This document shows, one piece after another, positions 9,308-18,804 of a stretch of 64,000 nt of DNA. The DNA is from an uncultured Candidatus Saccharibacteria bacterium. GTDB lineage: Bacteria; Patescibacteriota; Saccharimonadia; UBA4664; CAZJNH01. The notes beneath the pieces are model-generated. The model was not told the origin of the DNA, did no database searches, and saw only the letters and a list, made by a program, of their open reading frames with translations. The position numbers and the translations under genes are program-made. Each line of letters starts with the position of its first letter. Position 1 is the stretch's first letter. The DNA lies in assembly GCA_964478595.1 (NCBI GenBank), contig CAYZIN010000003.1, forward strand, positions 1,357 through 65,356, written 5' to 3'.

Positions 9308-10348
9308 GTGCCTGAGAAACAGGGACCAGCCGGCCAAGAACACGAATTTCACTCTAGCCTGACTGAGCTGGATATTGCCGAAACGATCGAGCGGATTCCT
9401 GACCAGGAACAAGCTAAAGCTATTGCCTTAAATACTCATACGGCGCTAGAACGTTTTAAAAAAGCCTGCCAGGAATCAGAGCCAGACTGGGCCAATTATC
9501 GCTGCGCGAATTATGACGCCAAATTGCTACCGAGCCTAACGACTTTATACGGTATTAAAGAAGCTGACATTGGTTCGTTGGGCCAGCATATCTACGGCGA
9601 ATTCACGAAGTTTGGCGAACACATGGATCGGCGGAAACAGGCTTTGCCGGCCACGGAGGGGATCGTTAAGCGAATTGAAGGTCAATATCCCTGGTTTTAC
9701 GTGGGTGTCAATGAGGTAGAACGGGTCCGAAGAGGTCTTCGGGAGCGCAATATTGGTCGAATCTACGTTAATCCGCAGCCCCAGAACGTGCCGCGGGTGT
9801 TTGCTGAAATAGTTAATCTTGGAGCAAAAACGCAGATTCCCTTTGAGCTAAAGGCGCGCGGAGTTATGCATTCGGGTTTAAATGAAATTTCCAAAAAATC
9901 GTATGAACGAAAAAACGGCGAGAGAACTATTTTGGCCCGCGACAGAATTGTGGTTTATTTCGACAATCGAGACGAGTCTGGGATGTTAAAAATAATAGAA
10001 GAGCTTGCTGGTTTGCACGGCAAAGAGATGTCTAACGATCGGCCAGATTTTACGATGCCTTTAGGAATTAAAGCTAACGGCCAAAAGGTTCCCGGATTTA
10101 GTTTTGGTGAAGAGCCGAATAAACGCGAAAAAGGTCGGACGGGCTCGTTCTCGAGCCGGCGGGAAGAAATCCTTAGCCTCATCGAACTCGGGGCTCAAAA
10201 GGCTGGACGGCGGGTTTACGAACCTAGTTTTAATATAGACGCTGCGTTCAATCAGGTTGCAAGGCGCGAAGGAATTGATCCAGATAATCCGGCATTTAAC
10301 TTGGGTAGCACTAATTTTCCAGAGATTCGAAAACTCGGTTTTAGGTAG
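9308..10348 (+). CDS. Hypothetical 346-aa protein translationally coupled to the giant protein
   Basis: A GTG start lies 3 nt after the giant-gene stop. No family was recognised. Conserved-looking blocks include RIYVNPQPQN and RIVVYFDNRDESGMLKIIEELAGLHG. Confidence 0.55.
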   Translation: MPEKQGPAGQEHEFHSSLTELDIAETIERIPDQEQAKAIALNTHTALERFKKACQESEPDWANYRCANYDAKLLPSLTTLYGIKEADIGSLGQHIYGEFTKFGEHMDRRKQALPATEGIVKRIEGQYPWFYVGVNEVERVRRGLRERNIGRIYVNPQPQNVPRVFAEIVNLGAKTQIPFELKARGVMHSGLNEISKKSYERKNGERTILARDRIVVYFDNRDESGMLKIIEELAGLHGKEMSNDRPDFTMPLGIKANGQKVPGFSFGEEPNKREKGRTGSFSSRREEILSLIELGAQKAGRRVYEPSFNIDAAFNQVARREGIDPDNPAFNLGSTNFPEIRKLGFR

Positions 10349-11198
10349 GGTGGCCGGCGAGGAACTCTTTTCCGGTCATTTCTTTTTTTCCGGCCGGTTT
10401 GAGCCGATCGATAATCAATGAACCTTTTGCTAAGTCCTTTGGCTCCGGTTCGCCGATGTGGGCGGCGGTGACGGTAACTTCGATGCCTCCAAGCTCAGTT
10501 TTGGATCCGGGCCAGCCGAGGTAAGCGCGAACTTGGCGTTCTATTTCAACTGCGGGTTTATTCCAATCGATCTGCCCGTCTTCTTTACTAATCATTGGAA
10601 TCACGGAAGCTTGTGATTCGTCTTGGGCTTTTGGTTTGAGCTTGCCGGACAAAATATCAGGCAGATGTTTGACTAGCATTTCTGAGCCAAGCTTCGATAG
10701 TTTTTCGTAGAGTTCTAGTCGAGTAGCGCCTTCAATGTTTATCGATTCGGCAACGTAGGTTGGGCCGGTGTCCATGCCGGCGTCGATTTGCATTAGCGTG
10801 ATGCCGGTTTCTTTATCGCCGTTTAAAATCGCGGCTTCGATTGGAGCGGGTCCGCGGTACTTTGGCAAAAGCGAGGCGTGAGTGTTTATCAGTCCTTTGG
10901 AGAATAAATCGATCACCGATTGCGGAATGATTTTACCGTAAGCCACCACCACCCCAGCATCGGGCTTTAGGGCTTCAAGTTCTTCTCGGATCTCCTTAAA
11001 TTTGAGCGGCTGAAAAACCTTGATGCCGTGAGCTTCGGCAATCTTTTTGACCGCCGGCACAATCAATTGCTGTCCGCGACCACCCGGTTTGTCGGGTTTG
11101 GTAATGACGGCTACGATATTAAATCCAGCGTCGATCAGCGCCTCGAGCGCTGGGGCGCTAAAGTCGGCCGTTCCAAAGAAAAACAATCGATCGGTCAT
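10341..11198 (-). CDS. fmt: Methionyl-tRNA formyltransferase
   Basis: It carries the N-terminal FFGTADFSAPALEAL motif and the SLLPKYRGPAPI formyltransferase motif. Confidence 0.9.
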   Translation of the reverse strand: MTDRLFFFGTADFSAPALEALIDAGFNIVAVITKPDKPGGRGQQLIVPAVKKIAEAHGIKVFQPLKFKEIREELEALKPDAGVVVAYGKIIPQSVIDLFSKGLINTHASLLPKYRGPAPIEAAILNGDKETGITLMQIDAGMDTGPTYVAESINIEGATRLELYEKLSKLGSEMLVKHLPDILSGKLKPKAQDESQASVIPMISKEDGQIDWNKPAVEIERQVRAYLGWPGSKTELGGIEVTVTAAHIGEPEPKDLAKGSLIIDRLKPAGKKEMTGKEFLAGHPT

Positions 11199-11257
11199 AA
11201 ATTTAGCATATCGAGATAGCCTGAAATTGACAGCATAAGCGGTTTGACTGATACTGG

Positions 11258-11917
11258 GTGGAGATGAATCCTAGTTTTTCTAATCCGCACCAACCCCACG
11301 ACGTTTTTCAGCCCAATGGGGAAGTGCATCATTCTCCTCCGCAGCAGCCAACTTCGCCGCCCCCGACAGTAACCCCCGTTCAAACGTTCGAACCGACTCT
11401 TCAACCAACCCCAGTTATCAAGTACTTGTCGACACACGCGACCGAGTTTTTTCTAATGTTGTTAGCGATGGCCCTGGCGGCTTTTTCTTTGGGTGCTATT
11501 TTGCATAGCGGAGTTGATCGTTTAACTGGCGTTGATAGCAGTTATTTTACCGACGCTTTTTCCATTTCCAGCGCGTCGCTGATTGTGTCGTTACCGATTT
11601 TCGCCTTACTCTTTTTGCGCATTAAGCGAGCAGAGCATCGCAACCCGGTTCTCTCTCAAGACATCTCGCGCCACCGATTAGTGCAGCTTACTCTGGTTGT
11701 TAGCTTTTTGGTGGGACTCAGTAAGTTGATTACGTATTTTTACGGCTTGCTAAACCATACCAGCTCCGATGGCGGTTTTAATATCTTTAGTTTTTTTGGA
11801 GCGGGAGACACCTCGACTACTTCGGGGTGGGGTAATTTCTTGCATATGGTTGTGACCATGGCGATCGCGGGCGGGATCTTTACTTATTTTTGGATCGACC
11901 ATCACCGAAGGGTCTAG
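11258..11917 (+). CDS. Hypothetical multi-pass membrane protein with Pro-rich N-terminus
   Basis: The N-terminus is Pro/Thr-rich (PPQQPTSPPPTVTP) and is followed by about four hydrophobic helices. Confidence 0.45.
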   Translation: MEMNPSFSNPHQPHDVFQPNGEVHHSPPQQPTSPPPTVTPVQTFEPTLQPTPVIKYLSTHATEFFLMLLAMALAAFSLGAILHSGVDRLTGVDSSYFTDAFSISSASLIVSLPIFALLFLRIKRAEHRNPVLSQDISRHRLVQLTLVVSFLVGLSKLITYFYGLLNHTSSDGGFNIFSFFGAGDTSTTSGWGNFLHMVVTMAIAGGIFTYFWIDHHRRV

Positions 11918-11918
11918 T

Positions 11919-12659
11919 TTGAAGAAATATTATGTCTTTATGGCGGTCTTAATGGTGATCGGCGCAGTGGCAGTAGTTGCGCAATATGGATTGGCGCAAG
12001 GCCCGAAAACCGACCAGCAACTAGCAACCGATATGTCCGAGATACAGGATAAAGTTGACGCCTTCGCCACCAAAAACAAGGCTCTCCCGGAGAAATTATC
12101 CGACGTTCAACTCACCGCCAAACTATCTAAAAGCGTAAAGCAAAACAATATCTCCTACCAAAAGGACGACTACAATGTTTTCGAGCTATGCGCGACCTTT
12201 AAAACCAGCACCATATCCAAAGCCGAGCAAGCCCGCCAAGTCAACGATAATGTCGATGGTTTCTTCTACGACACTCCCAGCTCTCACGACAAGGGCCACC
12301 AATGTTTTAAACGTACCGCTTACGGGGTAGATAACCCCATCGATCTAAAAACTAGTGCAGACAGTCTAAGCCTGCACTCTTCCTCGAGCGCCACTTCTTC
12401 TAGTCCTAGCACAATTCAGGCCACCGGCAGCAAACAAGAGGCTGGCACTGTCACGCAGATGGATCTCACCAATAAAAAGATTTACTACCAGATATTTAAC
12501 TCTGAGGAGCACAACGCTTCGTGGTCCACCAATCCAACGGTTGTAAATTACAAAGACTCATCTAAGACTAAGTTGAGCGATATCGCGGTTGGTGATTCTG
12601 TTAGGGTGACGCTTGGCCGAGATGGTTATGTTTCGGAAATCGAAGTTCTAAAAAGCTAG
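11919..12659 (+). CDS. Hypothetical secreted/membrane-anchored protein
   Basis: The start is TTG. There is an N-terminal hydrophobic anchor and a Ser-rich linker. No family was recognised. Confidence 0.45.
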   Translation: MKKYYVFMAVLMVIGAVAVVAQYGLAQGPKTDQQLATDMSEIQDKVDAFATKNKALPEKLSDVQLTAKLSKSVKQNNISYQKDDYNVFELCATFKTSTISKAEQARQVNDNVDGFFYDTPSSHDKGHQCFKRTAYGVDNPIDLKTSADSLSLHSSSSATSSSPSTIQATGSKQEAGTVTQMDLTNKKIYYQIFNSEEHNASWSTNPTVVNYKDSSKTKLSDIAVGDSVRVTLGRDGYVSEIEVLKS

Positions 12660-13129
12660 TTGATACTGTCGATTTCGTAAGTACCGTTGCTATCGGTGGC
12701 CGACTCGTCGTTCTTGTTTTCTAGGGTCGCTGTCAGTGCGAAAGATGTGCAATCATTCGTGCAGCCGTCAGGCGATGGCTTGTAAGAATATTTTCTAGGC
12801 GGTAGCGGATCTTGAGGCAAGCTGGGCAAGTACCCACTGACGAGAACTTTTGATAATCCCGAGTAGTCGCCGCTGGGGTAACTGCCGGGGTCTTGGTCAT
12901 TGTAGTAAGTTTCTAGCGCGTTTTTAACGCTTCGTAGGTCGGCCTTACGCTGAGCGTCACGAGCTCGAGAAGAACCGCTCGAGGAATAGCCGATCCCGCC
13001 GCCGGTGCTTGAGGATTTCGAATTGATATGGCCGATAATAGAGATTAACAAACCGGCCACAGCTAAAGCTCCGATGCTGCCGGTTACGTAGACTAGCCAA
13101 GCTGGTTTGTTTGCCGTTTGGGGAAGCAT
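12656..13129 (-). CDS. Pilin-like domain protein (non-canonical N-terminus)
   Basis: A single N-terminal TM helix is followed by ARDAQRKADLRSVKNALETYYND, which resembles the post-helix region of type IV pilins and pseudopilins. The canonical G/FTLIE prepilin cleavage motif is absent. Confidence 0.4.
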   Translation of the reverse strand: MLPQTANKPAWLVYVTGSIGALAVAGLLISIIGHINSKSSSTGGGIGYSSSGSSRARDAQRKADLRSVKNALETYYNDQDPGSYPSGDYSGLSKVLVSGYLPSLPQDPLPPRKYSYKPSPDGCTNDCTSFALTATLENKNDESATDSNGTYEIDSIN

Positions 13130-13136
13130 AAGCAGA

Positions 13137-13673
13137 TTATAGCGTAGTTGGTTTGAATTTGCCGGAAGGTTGAAGTTCGAAGAGCTTACTTTGATCGTCC
13201 ACGCGTTCTAGGAAAACCTTACCGTCAAGATGATCGAGCTCGTGTTGAAAGACGCGCGCTAAAAAGCCCTTGGCGGTGACTTTGACTTCTTTTCCTGCTA
13301 GGTTGAGAGCTTTCACTTTGACTGTTGGGTAACGAGGAACATTGCCGTAAATCGACTGCACGCTCAAACAGCCCTCTAAATCCTCTTCCGGTTCGCCTTC
13401 GTACTTAGTAATTTCGGGATTGATGTAAACATCGAAGTCGCGGCTTTTCTTGTTCTCCATTTTGCTGCGGACAATAACTACCCGGTAGGGTTGGCCAATT
13501 TGAATTGCAGCCAACGCTGCGGCCGACTCGTGCTCGCGATGATCTTCCCAATCCAAAGTCGCCTCGGTCATATCTTTAACCAGCTTTTTAATAGAAGAGT
13601 CGATGATGTTGATCCGCTTCGACTTTTGCTTCAGCCGTTTGTCCGGCAGGCTTACCAGATCTTTTTCGGTCAT
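13137..13673 (-). CDS. def: Peptide deformylase
   Basis: It carries the EGCLS and QHELDHLDG metal-binding motifs. Confidence 0.9.
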   Translation of the reverse strand: MTEKDLVSLPDKRLKQKSKRINIIDSSIKKLVKDMTEATLDWEDHREHESAAALAAIQIGQPYRVVIVRSKMENKKSRDFDVYINPEITKYEGEPEEDLEGCLSVQSIYGNVPRYPTVKVKALNLAGKEVKVTAKGFLARVFQHELDHLDGKVFLERVDDQSKLFELQPSGKFKPTTL

Positions 13674-13692
13674 GAAGTAATTTTACCTTAAT

Positions 13693-15627
13693 CTAAAGCA
13701 AATTGATGGGGTCGGGGTCGACTGTCCAAGCGGTGGGGACTTTTTTGGCTGCCTCAATGAGGATATGGCGAAAAGGTGATTTAGCGATTAATTGCCAATT
13801 ATACTTACCAGCCGATTGCTCGTGATAGGCGGGGGCGGGTCCGAGGATAGTGATGCCGGCAGTTTTGATCGCTTCGGCGATTTTTTTGGATTCGGCCTCG
13901 GCTTTTTCGGCACTTTTGGCGGATAGTTCAAGCTTCAGTAGATAAGAGTAGGGTGGGTATTTAAGAAGGTGACGTTGGGCCAACTCGGCTTTCGAAAATT
14001 CATCAAAGTTGCCCTTGGCGGCGGCAATTATTGCTGGATGGTCGGGCGAGTAAGTTTGAATAATCACTTTACCTGGTTCGTTGGCGCGGCCGGTTCGGCC
14101 GCTGACTTGGCTAATTAACTGGAAGGTGCGCTCGGCGGCGGTGAAGTCGGGGAGGTAAAGCAGGGAGTCGGCCAAAACGATTCCGACCGTGTCTACCAGC
14201 GGCAAATTCAGGCCTTTGGCGATCATTTGGGTGCCGATTAAAATGTCGATTTTTCCGGCATGCAAGTCGGCGTGAGTTTGGTTAATGAACTTTGGTGTGG
14301 CAGTGTCTTTGTCGAGCCGGGCAATTTTAGCGGTGGGGAAGAGGCTTTTAACTTCGGCTTCCACGCGCTGGGTGCCGCCGCCCAAGAATTTGAACTTGGT
14401 CTCGCCGCACTCGGGACATTTAGGGGGTGGGGGAGACACGTAGTTGCAGTGGTGGCAGACCAGCCGCAGCCGATCGGCGTGAAAGGTAAGTGGCAGTTGG
14501 CAACTAGGGCACAGCGATACGTAGCCGCAGCTGCCGCAAATATGGGTGGTTGCGCTGCCGCGGCGGTTTATGAACAGCAGCGATTGCCGATTAGCTTCTA
14601 ATGTTTCGGTTAACGCTTCTTTCAGCTCACTAGAGATTAACTGGCCGCTTTTACGTTGGCGCAAGTCGATGATTTGGCCGATCGGCAAACTTTGCCCGCC
14701 CGCGCGGCTCTTCATTTCTAGTAACTTCAACCGCCCCTGTGCAGCTAAAAACATTTGGTTAACGCTAGGCGTGGCGCTGCCGAGGATTAACTTGGCGCCG
14801 TGAAGCTTAGCCAATTTGGCGGCCACGGCGTCGGTTTGGTAACGCGGCGCTTGTTCGGACTTGTAGGTGGTTTCGTGACACTCATCGATAGCAATCAGTC
14901 CTAGGTTTTTGACCGGCAAAAAAAGGGCAGAGCGGGGACCAATTATGACCCGCGGCCGTTTATCGTTTAAGATTTCCTGCCAATTTAGGAATTTCTGCGC
15001 CGGCGTCATTCGTGAGTGGCGGGAAATGACCTTGTCGCCAAACACTTCGTGAAAACGGGCGATGATTTGGGGCGTTAAGGCAATTTCCGGTACCAGAATA
15101 ATGGCCGATTTGCCGGCCTCGATCGCATCTTTGGCCAGCTGAATGTAGATGTGGGTTTTGCCCGAGCCGGTCACGCCGTGGAGCAAAAAGGGGCCCGGCT
15201 CTTTTTTGGCTGCTGCCAAAGCCTTGATTTGACCCTGGCTTTCGGGTTGATCGGGCCAGTTGATTTTAGGAAAGTCCTGTTTGGTTCGCGTCGATTGAGG
15301 TGGCTTATCGAGGTTGGCCGGTAGGATGGTTTGCCAAACGGCGGCTGGGGAGGCGAGGTAGTACTCAAACAACCAATGCGCCAAGTCGATCAACTCAGCG
15401 GGCAATTGCCATTTGGTTTCCGGAATTGAGACGGCCTTAGTTTTAAATGAAGGCTTAGATTCGGTTCCGGTAACGACGCCCCAAACGGTGCGGCGCAGCA
15501 GGGGAATCTTTACCAATAAACCAATCGGCAAATTCTGGTCGGATTCATAAGTAAATTCAAATCGGTCGGTCGCTCCATAACCTGCGGGGGAGACGAGATA
15601 GTATTTCTTCTGTAGTGCCACGCTCAT
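13693..15627 (-). CDS. priA: Primosomal protein N' (PriA helicase)
   Basis: It has Walker A GVTGSGKT, a DECH box, Cys-rich zinc-binding inserts and a C-terminal PriA domain. Confidence 0.9.
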   Translation of the reverse strand: MSVALQKKYYLVSPAGYGATDRFEFTYESDQNLPIGLLVKIPLLRRTVWGVVTGTESKPSFKTKAVSIPETKWQLPAELIDLAHWLFEYYLASPAAVWQTILPANLDKPPQSTRTKQDFPKINWPDQPESQGQIKALAAAKKEPGPFLLHGVTGSGKTHIYIQLAKDAIEAGKSAIILVPEIALTPQIIARFHEVFGDKVISRHSRMTPAQKFLNWQEILNDKRPRVIIGPRSALFLPVKNLGLIAIDECHETTYKSEQAPRYQTDAVAAKLAKLHGAKLILGSATPSVNQMFLAAQGRLKLLEMKSRAGGQSLPIGQIIDLRQRKSGQLISSELKEALTETLEANRQSLLFINRRGSATTHICGSCGYVSLCPSCQLPLTFHADRLRLVCHHCNYVSPPPPKCPECGETKFKFLGGGTQRVEAEVKSLFPTAKIARLDKDTATPKFINQTHADLHAGKIDILIGTQMIAKGLNLPLVDTVGIVLADSLLYLPDFTAAERTFQLISQVSGRTGRANEPGKVIIQTYSPDHPAIIAAAKGNFDEFSKAELAQRHLLKYPPYSYLLKLELSAKSAEKAEAESKKIAEAIKTAGITILGPAPAYHEQSAGKYNWQLIAKSPFRHILIEAAKKVPTAWTVDPDPINLL

Positions 15628-15648
15628 AGTATATAATCCTTCAGGTAG

Positions 15649-16983
15649 ATGAAGCTGAAAACTAAGTTTTATTTAATTTTGGTCATGGCGGTGTTGGCGG
15701 CCATTGTGGCTTATCCGCGCGAGCATGACATCTTAAAATTCGTGGGTATTAAAACCAATCTGCAGGTTAAACGAGGCTTGGATTTGCAAGGTGGCACCCA
15801 CTTAGCCTATCAGGCCGATTTGAAGGGGATTGCGTCTGGCGATCGGGCGGGCGCGATGAGCAGTTTGGTTTCGGCCATCCAACGGCGGATTAATCCCAGC
15901 GGTACCAGCGAAGTTTTGGTCCAGACCGCCGGCTCCGACCGGGTAATTATTGAGTGTCCCGGTACTAACGCCAACTGTAGTCCGGATATTATTGGCCGGC
16001 AGGCGAATCTGCAATTTCTAGAAATTACTAATGATAATAAGGTAATCGACACTGGGGTTAGCGGTAAGGACGTTGATCGAGCGGATGCGGACTTTTCTTC
16101 GAACTCAACCGGCTCAACCGGCTTACCCATTGTGCGGCTGCGGATGAAATCTGGATCCTCAACCACCAAGTTCTCCAGCGTTACCTCTCACATCAACCAG
16201 GTTGGCGATAAGCTAGTGACACTGCTGGATAACCAAATAGTGTTCGGTCCTGCCACAGTCTCTTCGGCAATTACCGATGGAACCGCGCAGCTGCAGGGCA
16301 ACTTCGACGTTAAACAAGCCAAACAAATCGCGCTAGAGATTAACGCCGGAGCCTTACCGGTGCCAATTACACTCGGCGAGGAAGCGACCGTCGGTCCGAC
16401 TTTGGGCCAAGAGGCGGTCTCCAAAAGTCTGATCGCCGGGTTAATCGGACTGATAATTTTGGCAGCTTTTATGATTTGGTATTACCGTCTGGCGGGTCTA
16501 GTGGCAGTCTCGGCGCTGGCGATTTACACCGTTTTGATGCTGAGTTACTTTAAGCTAAGTACCTACATTCCCGGCGGGTGGTTTGTGTTTAGTCCGATCG
16601 TTTTGACTCTAGCCGGCATTGCGGCGTTTATTATTTCAATTGGGATGGCGGTGGATGCCAACATTTTGATTTTCGAACGCATGAAAGAAGAGCTGCGCCA
16701 TGGCAAAAGCTTTGTAGCGGCGGTAGAAGCCGGCTTTGACCGAGCTTGGCCGAGTATTCGCGACTCCAACGTTACTACTTTAATTTCGACCATTATTCTT
16801 TACTCGTTTAGCGGAGGCACTCCCCAAATCAAGGGCTTTGCAGTTACCCTGGCTATCGGTGTGCTGTTTAGTATGTTTACGGCGGTGGTGATTAGCAGAA
16901 CGTTTATGCGAATGCTAATTCGGACTCGGGCGGGGCGTAACCCCAAGCTTTATGGCTTGCAGGGAATGGAAGCGGAAGTATGA
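15649..16983 (+). CDS. secD: Protein translocase subunit SecD
   Basis: There is a periplasmic domain plus a C-terminal block of six TM helices. Its end overlaps the start of secF. Confidence 0.9.
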   Translation: MKLKTKFYLILVMAVLAAIVAYPREHDILKFVGIKTNLQVKRGLDLQGGTHLAYQADLKGIASGDRAGAMSSLVSAIQRRINPSGTSEVLVQTAGSDRVIIECPGTNANCSPDIIGRQANLQFLEITNDNKVIDTGVSGKDVDRADADFSSNSTGSTGLPIVRLRMKSGSSTTKFSSVTSHINQVGDKLVTLLDNQIVFGPATVSSAITDGTAQLQGNFDVKQAKQIALEINAGALPVPITLGEEATVGPTLGQEAVSKSLIAGLIGLIILAAFMIWYYRLAGLVAVSALAIYTVLMLSYFKLSTYIPGGWFVFSPIVLTLAGIAAFIISIGMAVDANILIFERMKEELRHGKSFVAAVEAGFDRAWPSIRDSNVTTLISTIILYSFSGGTPQIKGFAVTLAIGVLFSMFTAVVISRTFMRMLIRTRAGRNPKLYGLQGMEAEV

Positions 16984-17891
16984 AAATTATCGGCCGTCGC
17001 AAACTTTGGTACGCGATCTCAACCTTATTGATCTTGCCCGGTCTTATCTCTTTGGCGACTCACGGATTGCGATTAGGCATCGACTTTACGGGCGGTTCAA
17101 CCGAAGTCGTGCAGGGCAGTTTAAGCCGCGACAAATTCACCAAACTCTCAAGCGATCTAGGCTTTACCGATGTAGTCGTGACGCCAGAAAGTGGGAATCG
17201 CACCTCGGTTCGCTTTAGCGATAAGGCCAATGCCTCACTAGCCAATACTCACCACAACGCATTAAAGGCTCGGCTGGCTCAAGCCGGTTTTACCGAAATT
17301 CAGTTCAGCAATGTTGGGCCGGTGGTTTCCAAAGACATTACCCGTAACGCTATCGTTGCTATTGCCGTCGTTTCGCTAGCCATCGTTATCTACATTGGCT
17401 TTGCTTTCCGAAACGCGCCGCCGCCGGTCAAACCGGTTAGTTTTGGTATTGCGACTATCATTGCCTTGCTCCACGACGCCCTGTTTTTGATTGGACTGTT
17501 TTCGATCCTCGGTTGGCTGTTTAAGGTTGAGGTCGATGCGTTATTCGTGACGGCCGTTTTGACTGTCATCGGATTTTCGGTGCACGATACGATTGTGGTG
17601 TTTGACCGGGTCCGCGAAAACCTCCGCCGTGAGCGCAAACCGTTTGATGAGATCGTCAATGACAGTGTTAATCAAACTTTTGCCAGGTCGCTTAATACTT
17701 CAATGACTGTACTGCTAGTTTTGCTCGCACTGTACTTATTTGGGGGAGAGTCGATCAAGCTGTTCGTCTTGGCACTACTCGCCGGAATCGCGTCGGGAAC
17801 TTATTCTTCGATCTTCAACGCCTCGCCGCTGCTGGTGACCTACCACAACTGGCAAACCAAACGTAAAAGGATTAAGCTGCTTTCACTTTGA
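16980..17891 (+). CDS. secF: Protein translocase subunit SecF
   Basis: It has SecF topology and the conserved TM block, and is coupled to secD. Confidence 0.9.
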   Translation: MKIIGRRKLWYAISTLLILPGLISLATHGLRLGIDFTGGSTEVVQGSLSRDKFTKLSSDLGFTDVVVTPESGNRTSVRFSDKANASLANTHHNALKARLAQAGFTEIQFSNVGPVVSKDITRNAIVAIAVVSLAIVIYIGFAFRNAPPPVKPVSFGIATIIALLHDALFLIGLFSILGWLFKVEVDALFVTAVLTVIGFSVHDTIVVFDRVRENLRRERKPFDEIVNDSVNQTFARSLNTSMTVLLVLLALYLFGGESIKLFVLALLAGIASGTYSSIFNASPLLVTYHNWQTKRKRIKLLSL

Positions 17892-18108
17892 TCTTGAGGG
17901 AGGCTTTTTCGATTTTAGCTTTGGCGTGTTTTTGGGGTGGCTGATGATTGATCTCGATATTCATAAACTTTCCGATCGGTTCTTCCGCAATCTGTGATGG
18001 TTTCCGATCGGGTAGCCGTTTGTTATTTAAGTGCCCGCAATTCAAACAGAAGTTGCCGTGGGCGGTTTCGATTAGGTTTTTGTGCTCACAATCATTAAGC
18101 ATAAGCAT
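17872..18108 (-). CDS. Small zinc-ribbon-like hypothetical protein
   Basis: The 78-aa protein has CEH...CLNCGH cysteines. It overlaps secF convergently by 20 nt. A TACAAT -10 lies immediately upstream. Confidence 0.35.
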   Translation of the reverse strand: MLMLNDCEHKNLIETAHGNFCLNCGHLNNKRLPDRKPSQIAEEPIGKFMNIEINHQPPQKHAKAKIEKASLKIKVKAA

Positions 18109-18220
18109 ATTGTACTATTGAGCACACTTTTTTGAACAACAAAAATAACGAAAAATAAGCATTTGCATTATGAAAAGTAATGTTGTAAATTATTCACAGA
18201 TAGAGAGGAGGGGTGCGAGC

Positions 18221-18511
18221 GTGATATTAGATCTGTTTATTACGTCAAAAACACGGCGCAAAATCGTTGCTGTTTACACCAAACACCCCGATTTCCGGAT
18301 TCACGTCCGCGGTTTGGCCAAGATGATTAAAGAGGACCCGGGTAATGTGCAGCGGGAACTAAGTCGGTTGGAAAAAGCCGGTTTTGTAACTAGCTCGCGC
18401 GACGGCAACTCCAAAGTCTACGGTGCCAACCAGAGCTTCTATCTATTCAGAGACCTACAGAGCATGGTCCTGAAGGCGTCGCAAATGCAAGGGAGAGGCG
18501 CCAAAGCATAA
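18221..18511 (+). CDS. Winged-helix transcriptional regulator (ArsR/MarR-like fold)
   Basis: A GTG start is preceded by a GAGGAGGGG RBS. The ORF-track ATG at 18170 lies inside a candidate -35 (TTGCAT-17-TAAATT). The protein contains an HTH/wing-like stretch (VRGLAKMIKEDPGNVQRELSRLEKAGFV). Confidence 0.5.
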   Translation: MILDLFITSKTRRKIVAVYTKHPDFRIHVRGLAKMIKEDPGNVQRELSRLEKAGFVTSSRDGNSKVYGANQSFYLFRDLQSMVLKASQMQGRGAKA

Positions 18512-18746
18512 GTTCGGGTTCCGAAAATAATAAAAAACTAAAAGAAAGGTCCAAACAAAAATGTTCGCCAAAATGTTCAAAAAGCACAATATCAAAGTTA
18601 TGGGAGAATCGAGTATTTATAGGCCGACGATTCGCGTCAGCCAGCCACAGCGGCCGGTCAACTTCATTGCAAGAAGTGAACCGGTTTTTGCGTATCAGGA
18701 GCGAGCTCGCTAAAAAGTACGTTTTTTCTGTGGAAGAATAGCAAAA

Positions 18747-18765
18747 GCCCCCGCCTAACGGGGGC
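18747..18765. terminator. Intrinsic terminator hairpin downstream of the minus-strand GH1 gene
   Basis: The stem-loop is gcccccg-cctaa-cgggggc. A T-run follows on the minus strand. Confidence 0.6.
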
Positions 18766-18804
18766 CCTTGCTTTCCTTGTCGGGAAAGTGGTCCCTAGCG
18801 GGGG

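Noticed and set aside
14260-14803. Plus-strand ORFs inside priA (14260-14601, 14546-14803) and minus-strand ORFs inside secD (15802-16424)
   Set aside because: They are antisense to confidently assigned genes and have no start signals.
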